The notes beneath the pieces are model-generated. The model searched no databases, was not told the origin of the DNA, and was given only the letters and a program-made list of their open reading frames with translations. Made by a program: the position numbers and the translations under genes. A DNA stretch of 63,187 nt, counting the filler, from Jimgerdemannia flammicorona (Eukaryota), in assembly GCA_003990765.1 (NCBI GenBank). It is 3 parts of 3 records of this genome, joined end to end, with 100 filler letters (N's around TTAATTAATTAA, not from the genome) between each part and the next. Parts side by side here need not be neighbours in the genome. Positions count along the whole stretch, not along the records: positions 21,119 to 42,108 come from RBNJ01001550.1; positions 42,209 to 63,187 come from RBNJ01001552.1; 1 more part is not named here. One strand, written 5' to 3'. Positions 37,954 to 48,700 of the stretch are shown here, piece by piece. Numbering within the stretch: the stretch's first letter is position 1; the number at the start of each line of letters is the position of its first letter.

Positions 37954-39993
37954 TGTAAGCGCACAACCTCCAAGCCACCGAAATCACACGTGACCTCCGA
38001 ACAAATCTGGAAATCACCTGCCTGATCACAAAGCTGAGTCAAACCGAAGTCACAGTGTACAAAGCTGAGTCAATACGAAGTCACGGAATACAAGATTTAC
38101 ACAAACAGAATCTTACCAATCAGAACCAAATGCATATATACCGAGCACCAAGACGCGTCGAAACAGAGAATCAAAACAAACAACAACCACAACTTCTAAA
38201 CACACAAACATGACCACTGAGATCTACAACCGCATCCGCGCCGACATTTGGAATGCCATTGTCAACCGAGCCACACCCCCTCTGCCCCTTATGAATATCC
38301 ATAGCCTAGCACCCCTCTACTTCGTGGAAGCCCGATGGAATGCCCTGAACATGCTTAACGAGGTCCACCGAATCGGACAAATCTCAAGCTACTACCAGAT
38401 CGGCCGCCTCTTGGAAGACATGGTCAAACACCACTATGACACAGACATTACCCAGATGTCTCAACACCAGAAGCTTATCGCCCGCAAACACCGAGAACTC
38501 TTCTACGAGTACAGCACCTTTATTCTCCGCCTCCGAGTTACTACCAGCGAAATGGTTGCTACCCTGTCCTATGGTCAAATCGATGACATGATACAAGAAC
38601 TCAACCACAAGTACCTCGAGTACATTGAAACCACAGACAGAACCTTCCCACACCCTGACGATCACATCCTGCAAATGCCCCAAGTTGGATATGCCATGAA
38701 GGACGTCTACGATATAATCCACTTCGATGAAGATGAAGCAGAAGACAATGATCCCTCTGATGCCGACATGACCTCCAGCCAAGGATCCCTGCCAACCCTG
38801 ATCACACCGCCAACCTTGCCGATGAACTTACAACAGTTCATAACTGTATATGAGACTTATTGGGACAATGACCACTGGCACGAATACCAACCCACGTTCA
38901 CCCCTGATTACTTCAATTACAATGAAGAGACCAGAGAACACAATCTGTACCTCCAGACAACCCTCGAGATTGAACCAACAACTCCACCACCCGAGTATGA
39001 GCAATATGAACCACAGCTGCCAACCTACTACAACCCCGCGACTCATAGCGCTGTGACCTATAGAAGGTATGCAGACAGCGAATCCGATGAAAGCGAAGAC
39101 AGTACACCCATCCTTCGCCCACCAACACCTTATCCAGCATACGAAACAGACGATGCTATTCTGTAGGATGGAGACGAAGTTCCAATGTATTACTACCTCA
39201 GCCAATAAGGAGAAGTAATCCACGAACCACTATTCCTAGACGACTACTTTATCAGAGATGATGCAATCGATGGTGATGTCATCGAAGACTATCCAGATAG
39301 TACCTAAACCTATAAATAGTCTAGCAGTTATAGTATAGATAGAATAGCCCTGTACGACGTGACTGTGAACTGACTCAGCAGTCAGACGATCTCTTGACCT
39401 GTCAGATTACTATTGTACTACGTGACTGCATTCCGACTCAGCAAAGCACTTAGTGCTACATCCATATCTAGCATAGTCCAGATAGCCCCTAACTAGTATA
39501 AATACCCCCTCCCCCAGACCTCAGAATCTCAGACTTAAAGACCTGAACAATCGGAACACAATCCCTGAGCACTTCCCCACAATACCCCTTCACACAACTA
39601 CTCCTAGTATAGCAATATCATGAATAGTGAATAAACCTATTTCATAACCCACAAACCACTCTTAAGTAAATCTGCTCCCTGTTAGGTCCTACTCCTAACC
39701 CCATCACGAAATTTCCTAATTGGGTATTGTCTGCAGCGATACACCAATTCAACTAAGCTGGTCTTAGTTTCTCGAACTTCCTGAAATACAGAAAATCCTG
39801 AACATCCAGAACTAGTCCGAAAAAGGACTTTGGTTGAGACGTCAACCCAATCTTGAAATCAATAAGCGTAGAGGATGTACTCCATACGAAATTGATCTTG
39901 ACCATAAGAAAACGGTCTTCCAGAATATCCAGAACTTCCAGAAAACCCTTCCAGAACTACGTAACGGTTACCCTAAAAAGCAACCCTCTTACA
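37954..39993 (+). mobile_element. Young solo LTR (2040 bp) carrying an intact gene
   Basis: TGTAAG...CTTACA termini. Perfect 5-bp TSD AATAA (37949-37953, 39994-39998). GTATAAATACCCC at 39497 and GTGAATAAACC at ~39627. CpGs retained. Confidence 0.92.
38210..39166 (+). CDS. Intact 318-aa ORF-X accessory protein inside the solo LTR
   Basis: Uninterrupted ORF with an A-rich ATG context and an upstream TATATA. The N-terminal ~135 aa aligns to the five decayed ORF-X copies. Acidic, Pro/Tyr-rich C-terminus. Confidence 0.88.
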   Translation: MTTEIYNRIRADIWNAIVNRATPPLPLMNIHSLAPLYFVEARWNALNMLNEVHRIGQISSYYQIGRLLEDMVKHHYDTDITQMSQHQKLIARKHRELFYEYSTFILRLRVTTSEMVATLSYGQIDDMIQELNHKYLEYIETTDRTFPHPDDHILQMPQVGYAMKDVYDIIHFDEDEAEDNDPSDADMTSSQGSLPTLITPPTLPMNLQQFITVYETYWDNDHWHEYQPTFTPDYFNYNEETREHNLYLQTTLEIEPTTPPPEYEQYEPQLPTYYNPATHSAVTYRRYADSESDESEDSTPILRPPTPYPAYETDDAIL

Positions 39994-40167
39994 AATAAGG
40001 GGAAGGCTCAATAGAGTCCTGCAATATAGAGATAGAATAGACTTCTATTAGATAGTTCACTACTAGTAAACTTTGATATTAGTATAAATATAGAGTGTCA
40101 GCAGAGAGTGGTCCAAGATCTATGATCAATAGACTAGTAGTTAGTAGATATTAGTGAGATATGAGTA

Positions 40168-40416
40168 GTACTCTCAAATGAATTAAATTAGAGATTTTTC
40201 AATTTGAATAAATTACAAATTAAATTAAATTCAAATTGAATTGAGAGTCTGATTCAAACTCTATTTTTAGAAATATAATAACTTGACAAAAATATGTTCA
40301 AATTTAATAATCTTTAGCTCATTAGATTTGTCTTATATATAGAGAAATCTAATAAGCTAAAGACTATTAAATTTGAATAGAGTTCAAATCAAATTAATTT
40401 AATTTATTGAGAGTAC
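40168..40416. mobile_element. Foldback MITE, copy 2 (Tc1/mariner-type ends)
   Basis: TIRs GTACTCTCAA...TTGAGAGTAC flanked by TA on both sides. Central hairpin TCTTTAGCTCATTAGATTT...AAATCTAATAAGCTAAAGA. Confidence 0.85.
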
Positions 40417-41779
40417 TAGATATAGAACTAGACTAGTATATAGTCTTAGAGTACTAAGATATAGTAGTAGTATATTTTGAGAAAAAATAGCATATTGAAT
40501 TTTAGTCAGAATACTTGGTAAAATATAAGAGCTTTAAGTGTGAGAATTACCATAATATAGAACAAGAGAGAGAGATTATACAGATACTCAAATATTGGCT
40601 AGATGAGTATAAGATACTTGATAACTTCTGGATAATAGTTGAGAGTTGTTTAGGAGTGAGACAGTATGATAATAGAAAGAGAAGTAGATAAAATAACTTA
40701 AAAGAGCAGTTAATAGGATGTATCAGTAATGAGTAACTCACTATTGGGTGAGTGTTAGTAGTATGGGTGGAATTGACTAGATATTAGCTATATATGTTTG
40801 AGGATGAGAGACAGATAGCCTTGAGAGAAAAGATAGCAAAATAGAAGAGGTTAATAATATATAGATGTTCTGTCAGGCTAGTAGAGAGAGTGGGACTCTT
40901 AGAGAGATTGCTATCAATATCTGGTAGAAGAGATATATGAGAGAAGTAGTAGATAGATTAGAGTAATTAATAATATGGTTATTTTTAAAAAAAAGTAAGA
41001 GTAGAGGAGAGAGAGTATATTAGAGTAGAGTAAAGTAAAGTAAGTGGAGTTAGGTCTGCTGATATAGTATGAGGACCATGTATTTATTATAAATTAGTTA
41101 ATAAAGAAGCCTAGTACTCATAAAAAGAAAAAAATAAAATAAAATAAAATAAATAAAGTTTAATAAATAGCTAAATATATTATTTTACTTTTTAGTATTA
41201 CTATTATATAAATTAATAAATATTATATATCTAATAAATGAAATATAATTTTTAAATTAGTAAAAATTAAATTATTAGAAATACTATTTATTTAAGTTTT
41301 AACTCTTATAAATATATATTTATAACCTAATTTAAAAATAAAAATAAAAATAAAAAAAGCTTTTAAGCTTAAAGAATAATTATACTAATAAATAAGAAAA
41401 ATTTATCAAATTCGGATATAATTAATTAATTAAATTAAATTAAATTAAGCACTAGCAGAAGTATAACTAACAAAAAAGAAGTAATATAAATCTCAATCAA
41501 TTGGGTTCTCCATTATAAAATCACAGTACATATACTTAGTATACTTAATATACACGTATACTTAAATATATGACAGGTATTCGATAGTATTCAATGTACA
41601 ATACATACCAGAATTTTGTAGTCCCATCGTCCACAACAAAAGTCTCGGACCTCCATGATTTCACGGAATCATTTTATTCGCACAACCAACACTCGTGTAA
41701 ATTGAAATATCATAGTAAATGTAAAAAACAACTCAGCAAAGGCAAAAGGAAGGATGGTGATAGTGAGAAATTACATGCA

Positions 41780-42014
41780 GAACTCAATCCGCAAGCGCAA
41801 AGAGAAGAATAGCCGACCCAAAAGGCCGGCTCCGGCATGGTGTTTGTTCATAAAGCAAAAAAAGGAAGGTCGTGTTGCAAAAATATGTATACGAACTATG
41901 TATAATGTCTATGTTCAAGACGGCATGGAAGACGTCATGAACTGACTGGCGAAATGGGCGCTGCGAACAGGACATCGCCAAGAGAGAAGGAAGATGTACG
42001 AAACAGGAAAGTGA
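41780..42014 (+). pseudogene. Possible HMG-box gene fragment
   Basis: RPKRPAPAWCLFIKQK followed by EDVMN*LAKW...RRKMYE resembles HMG-box helices. CpG-rich island. In-frame TGA. Confidence 0.4.
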
Positions 42015-42108
42015 TCAGACCCAGACAGCATGCAAAATGTACAGAAATGTAGTTAGCTTTCCTAGGTGAATTACATGGGCCACAAAAACATACATCCTTA
42101 ACCCCCCC

Positions 42109-42208
42109 NNNNNNNNNNNNNNNNNNNNNNNNNNNNNNNNNNNNNNNNNNNNTTAATTAATTAANNNNNNNNNNNNNNNNNNNNNNNNNNNNNNNNNNNN
42201 NNNNNNNN
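42109..42208. other. Artificial contig spacer (N-TTAATTAATTAA-N)
   Basis: Same as 21019-21118. Confidence 0.98.
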
Positions 42209-42299
42209 TTTTCAACGCCGGTATAGTTTTGAGGACTTTATTTTGGGTTTCGCACACAAATATCACTAACCCTGTATCCTCTCGCCCAATTACTGCTAG

Positions 42300-44098
42300 C
42301 TTCGGAACGACTCGTGGACCTTTGAATCGATCCGTGCCACTCATGGAATTCCACTTTCGGCACCGACCCCGCGCAAGTACGCATACGAAGTCCTACTTCG
42401 AACCGAAGGTTTGATTCAAGTCGGTTGGACGGCGCGGGACAGTCTATTCGATCCAGAGGGCGGTACAGGTGTTGGTGATGATGATCTGTCTTATGGATAT
42501 GACGGCTTTCGTGCCAAAAAATGGCATGGGAGGTGGAGCGATGAGGTAAGTTTTAGTAAGCTTTTCTTGATGGTTTACTTTTTTCTTTCTATTAATAATT
42601 AAAATATTATAATCCGAATACAGTGTGCATATGGTCTAGTATGGACGGTCGGTGATGTAGTAACGACGACGATCGATTTGGACGAGAGAACGATACATTA
42701 TTACCTGAATGGGAAAGACATGGGTATTGCTTTCGAAAATGTGGACGGCCAGCTGGTATGGTTCCCGGTACGTTTTGATTATTTGGTTGATCGTGATTGG
42801 CGGTGTGTTTGTGGAATATAGATTCGCTTTTTTACCGGATGGCCCCAAATTACCAAAGTCGTTCGCAAATTGTATAAAGTGGTATGTATGAGCATGCAAG
42901 ACCATATATATTTATTCTTTCCCTTTCGCGTCATATCAGGCGTTGTCTATCGCCACTGGACAAGGATGCCGCGCGTGTTTTGGTGGTGTACTGGATCCTA
43001 TGCAGTATTGTATCTTTCGCCATATCAGCCTCATAAGGCAACCCTTTTCATTTCTCAGCGACACGTATCACATCACATCACTAACGTTCCTCCAATTTCG
43101 CACTCTGCATATGTCCCATAACTATATACGTTGTGCCTATCAAGGTATTTACCTGAAGAATATAAGCCTATTGCATCGGTGCTAGATTTGTCATTAAGTT
43201 TAGAGATTGAAGATAACTCCACGGGTGAGATGGTCAATGAAAATGCTGTTGCGGAGGGGGAAGACTTGGCTATCAAAGTGGAAAGATCTTTGGTCAGGAG
43301 GGCAAGTGGTAAGCGCAGTAATCGACGCCATCTTTTGGAGCCGTCATCCGTGCCGTCATTCTACTTTGAGGTCACAGCCTCGATTTGCAAAATTAGCCTT
43401 GGCGATGGGCGAAGTTGGGTGAAAGGGAAGCCAAGGGGGTACGTGACTTTGCTGCGTTGATAAAACTGTATGCCGTGTGACCTCAGGCACAGAAAATCAA
43501 CATTGTTCTTTTTATCCCCATAACACTAGACCCGCCCAAATCGGTGCTTTTGATGACCAAGGAAGAGTAGTCTCTCTTGTTCACGACACGCGATTGATCA
43601 GCAGCCCAAGCACATTGCTGATTTGCCAAGTACCCTTGGAGACTTTGCAGGATGGTCGTCTTCCGCAAGTGTTAACCGATTGTTTCGAAAAAGGTGAACA
43701 TGCGGAAGCTCGGGAATTGGTCCTGGAAAACCTTCCGCATGTGTTTACGTTGAAGGATGGAGACGTGGTTGGCGTTTTATTTGAGCGTGAACTTGGCGTT
43801 GTTGGCATTGTCGTAAACAAGGTGGTTTTTGGTATGTACCTTTTCATTTGGACTGCGCGCATGAAAGTCGTTGATCATTTGGTTCGGATGGTTCCACCTT
43901 CTCACGCTATTTTTGTACTGCATAACAGCACAAATCTCGCTCCGTGATTATTCAGCCTTTGCCAGTTTCTCACCTATCGTACCTCACATCGCGAATCTGA
44001 ACAAGTACATACTCAACGTTGGCCAAGAACCTTTCGAATACCATCCTGGCAACACGATGGTTGCAGTAGACAAGAATTTAGGATATCTGGACGGGTAA
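42300..44098 (+). CDS. Host gene, 3' part: SPRY-domain protein (RSPRY1/RNF123-type SPRY plus a second, divergent SPRY-like domain)
   Basis: Exons 42300-42545, 42624-42767, 42940-43004, 43145-?, ?-43831 and 43929-44098 with GT-AG introns. LRNDSWTFESIRAT...KYAYEVLLRTEGLIQVGW...GVGDDDLSYGYDG...WTVGDVV...YYLNGKDMGIAF. CpG-rich. Confidence 0.85.
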
Positions 44099-45754
44099 AC
44101 CAATTTCGTAATGTAATTAGTACATATTGAAAATAATAATCTGATGAATAATGTGATGTTGAGTCCAAATCACCACTTTAAAATAAATGATTCAATAAGG
44201 AATAAAAGGGAATAAAAATTCCAAAAAGTGCACGGAAAGGAAAATAGTTAAAAAAAAGGGGGGGGGGGAGGGGGGAGGTTAGCCGCCCGATGGATGATGA
44301 GGAATTATTCTCCAAAAACCCAAACGGGTGAAACTCCAAACAAACCAATTTCGATTACTTAACTATCCTCATGCTATCCTATCGGGTCCTGCTTGTACAG
44401 ATGGAATTGTAATGCCGATTTTCTCGACGTGGTAGAGGGACTGCTTTATTACCAAGCCGCTATTCATAAATTACGTCGAACCATCTTTCCAAACGCTAGA
44501 TCTATGCTCTACTATATTATCATGCCCCTGCACATTACTTGTATTCACAAGGCCTCAGACAAAGTTTCAGCGCAAAACCTCAAGATTTGAGGTTTTCTAT
44601 TGACATTAAGGCATCAGGAAAGTAAGTTACTAATCAATAAAATCGTAGAGGAAGTGAACCATAGTCGCAAGGCTTTATCAACGCGATTTTCCACCCCATC
44701 CTTTTTTTCGTCGTCTGCACTCCTTCCATCCTCTCTTTCGTCATCGTTGCTATCTAAAAGCTGGTATAATGTCCTTATGTTTGCACACAAGAAAGCTTAC
44801 TTATTTCGAAAGACGTTCTTCTCTGCCAAGCGCTGCTTTGTATGAGAGATACAGCGAAATGTACTTTGGGGGCCGCGGGTGGCCGGGTAGCGACCGATCC
44901 GATAGTGTTATCAAAGTTGGTTTTTAAAAAAAGGTGGCAATGCACGGTTTCGCCCTTGCTCAAGGGGCTCGTCAGTTGATTCAAGAGCAACCAAGACCCG
45001 GGCTGATCAAAACGAAGGCACTTTCAAATTTTGAACAGGCTTCACTCATGGAAATGTATGAGAAATGGTTATAAAATATAAGTTCAGATGTATAGTGAAT
45101 TTGATAGGAAGATTTAAATAAATATATTTATTATGTTAAATATAATAAGTGTTTAGATAAATAAACTATTATATTTTATAGTAATATTTACTTATTGATA
45201 TATTTGTAGCTTTTGATCTTTATATTATAATAACTTAATATTAGCTTAGATAGTTTTAATATATTTAATTATTATATATTATTATATAAATAGATTTATA
45301 ATATTTTTATTTACTATAATTAGTAATTTAATAAATTTAAATTAATTTTTAATTCAAAATATTAAAAATAAAAATAAATTAGAAAATATCAATCTTATAA
45401 AATTTATCAATTAGTTTGGAAATAGAAAGCTATATTATATTTTAAAATTATTTGATTAACTCTTATATAAACTCTAGTTAATATATATTTAAATTATAAA
45501 TCTTTCTAAATATTTTAACAAATTAATATTATATATTAAACTAATTATTTTATTAAAATATATATACTTTAATAAATCAAATTATATAATAGTTTAGAAA
45601 TTTTAATAATTATAAATTATTTTATTTTAATTATAAAAGATAAAATATTTATTAAATATATAGATAACTATTTGTTGTAAAAGAGAGGCAATTTTATTGA
45701 AGTTACATAGATTATATATTTCATATATTATTGATAAATGATATATATAAAACT

Positions 45755-48700
45755 CATCACCTTTCTTCTGTATAATTCACATTACACAAAACTTCAAGCA
45801 ATAGTTTTCAATATAACTTGGAGAAAAGATACTATAAAAATATCATCAAGCAAGAGTTCTGAAGGATATGCTGGGTTGGGTGGATCTGGGGCTTTCAGCT
45901 GATAGCATGTGAAGAGAGGTTATGGATTGGAGATGGGGGCTTTTGGAGGGTCGAAGGGTGGCAAAGGCTCTGGAGGAGAAATAGTGTCAGGTGGATCTAG
46001 GGGAAAGCCTGGTCCCTCCAGCTTTGCCAATAAGGTGAAGGTGAGTAGATGGCCTGCTGGAACCAGGGCTGGTACTGCTGAGGGGAAGGACAAGACTAGC
46101 ATTGGGAGGGAGAGTGGCCCTCAGGTGAGAGATGTGAGCATAGGGGCTGGAGGGGCTGTGGCTGAGGGTGTAACTATTGATAGGAGTGTAACAGAGAATC
46201 AGAAAAAAAAAAGAGATATGATGGCTGATAGCCAGGTGGGGCAGGGGTTCTCAATACGGAAGGGGGACCTAGCAGATAGTGTAATGGGACTGGTAGTAGC
46301 CCTATTGCTCAAGAAGTCAATCTCAGAGTTTGCAGCTACCTTGTACTTTTGGGGCTTGGTAGTGATGGCAAGAATAGTCCTGGGGCTTATTTTGAAGCAG
46401 GTGGCTAGGGCAGTCTTGGTGAAGTTCCTGAAGGGTCTGGAGGGAGTTGAGGTGGGCTTTGAGAAAGCAGACCCACTGGACAAGGCCCTGAAGACTGAAG
46501 TAGTGGTTGGGGAAGTGGTGGTCTCCATAGTATAGTGCTTGAGGTGGGACCCCAGGGTGGTGTAGCTTCTGGTAAGAGGGGTGCCTATAGTGACAAAGGA
46601 GGAGACTAGAAGGAGGGTGGAGGAGGTGATGGCAGAGTATAGTGATGTAGTAGATATTGGCTTCCAGATGTGGGAGGGGACAATATTCAGGACAGGTGAT
46701 GTCAATATCAGGATTTAGCTGGCAGGGAAGGAGGCCACAGGGAAGATGAGTGACTGGCCCTTGGTACTAATGTGGGGGGCTTTTGTCTGTAAGATATCAA
46801 GGGTGAAAGGGAGTGATGAGGAGAAGGAGGACTTATTGGAGACTCTAGAGGAGTTGAGTGGTACTATGGAGAGGAGGGTGAAAGTCTGAAAGCTGTATGA
46901 AGAGTCAACATATCTGAAGGTCATGGATGAGAAATGTATCCATACTGATAGGAGGCAGTGGGAGCAGGCTCAGGGGTACAAGAGGTAGAGGGAGTTTTTG
47001 GCAAGTATGAAAGGAGAGATGAAGAAGAAGTTGGTTGAAGCTGAGGAGGCTAGAGGCATTGAAGCTAGTGTCTGGGCTAGCAAAGGAGGAGAGGAGGTGG
47101 AGGCAAATGTGGAAGGGACTGAGAAGGCACTGGGCAAGGATTCCTATGCTGACAGTACCTTCAAAGTTTGGGAGTAGGAGTTGGATGGTACTCTCCCCCC
47201 TACTTATCAGGAGGGGCCCAGTTGGGAAGAGAGGAGCAGTGGAGGATATACTGATGCAGGGGGCCCAGCAAGTTCACTTTGGGGTCCCAGATGTGGTGAA
47301 AGGGGGTCAGGTGGTAGTGGTTAGTAAGGATGAGCTGGTGGATGTCTCAGAGGAGGAGTGGGATGAGGCTGCCAGTGTGGGAGCAGATATCACAATGCTG
47401 GATACAGGGTAGCCAGAGACTCCTAGAGGGAGGAAGGTGGAGAACTTGCTGTGGATGAGCAAGGTGATGGATAATCTTACAGTTGAGAAGTTGGGAGAAG
47501 TTGACTTACATGTGATGCCAGAGGAGTATTGGGCATGGATTCTGTATGGGGATGGGATGATAGAGGTGTTGAAGGTAGAGATACTTGTGATTTTTAAGAA
47601 GAAGGAGAGATATGTGGTAATGAGGTGAGGGAGGCTGAGTTGGTGATCGTTACTGGTGAGTGGGCTGCCTATTGTTGGATAGAGCATTATGGGTTGCAAC
47701 TCTGGCAGAAGGCATGCTTAGAATACCAGAAGGACTTCAAAGAAAAGGAGAATGGGGTGATGGTGGAACTTCTGACTGGGTTAGAGGCAAAGACAACTGA
47801 AGAGAAGATACTGGCTGCAGAATATGACTTAGACTTAGTACAGGAGGAGCTGGATGCAGATTTGTAGAGAGTATGATTGATAACCAATATTATTCCTTAT
47901 GAACAGTATAACTAGCATTTTTTCTCTGAATATGAATGGGCTATAGAGATTGGGGTGGCATAGGAACATTTTTACTTAGCTTAAGAGATTGGGGGCTGAT
48001 CTCTTTTTACTGCAGGATGTACAGTATGAGGATGAGGAAGATCAAGTAGAGTGGACTAGAGAATGAGGAGGGGCTACTGCTTGGAATGGCAAAGTGGCAA
48101 TTCTGGTGAGGAAGGATAGAGGGGACTTGGGTGGAATTCAGAGCTGGGAGGACCATTTGGTATGGGGAGATTGACACTGACCTGGGTGGGAATCAGTGAG
48201 GGTTGGCTCCTGCTACTGCCCTGCAGTTAGGGGTGAGCAGATTGAGTAGATTAGGGATCTGTTGAAGGAAGGTGTTTTCTTGGAGGAAGGTGTCAATATT
48301 TTGGGAGGTGACTTCAACATAGTACAGAATCCACAGCTGGATAGAACTGATAGAAGAAGGAGTGCAGGTGGGAGGAGTAGTGGACTGGATAAGTGGAAGG
48401 AGGTAGAGAACCTTAGCTCTTTAGGGGATATGGGCAGAACACTGTAGGGTGACAGGAGGGTCTATTCACACTGGGTAAATGGACTGGGTACAAGGATTGA
48501 CTGGATTCTGACAGCCAAATATTGGGGTGCTGATGTTTGGAGGACTCTGGAGGTAGAGTGGTGCCCTTGGTCTGATCACTGGGGGCTATTGGGGCAGAGA
48601 CAGTTTGAGGAGAGTGGAGATAGACCTGGACATTAGTGTCTTAACTCCTCCCTGCTGGCTGAGAAAGGGTTGTGAGACTCATGGGTAGAGGATGTCCAAG

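Larger units (their letters stand above)
36410..41150 (+). mobile_element. Old 5'-truncated LINE (copy 3) hosting two MITEs and a solo LTR
   Basis: Decayed WRPIIYLNMNRKL, FLDQEKIYD, RGVFQRDLL and FIDD, collinear with 49500-51600. AATAAA and an A-rich tail at 41100-41150. Confidence 0.85.

Noticed and set aside
38384..39223. Antisense ORFs over ORF-X
   Set aside because: Shadows of the codon bias of the plus-strand gene, not conserved in homologs.
21019..42208. Identical TTAATTAATTAA motifs in N runs, and apparent synteny across them
   Set aside because: Artificial linkers. Segment lengths 21018, 20990 and 20979 decrease in order, as expected for size-sorted unrelated contigs.
44393..44990. 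Short ORFs in CpG-rich DNA downstream of the SPRY gene
   Set aside because: No recognisable domain or consistent exon structure.
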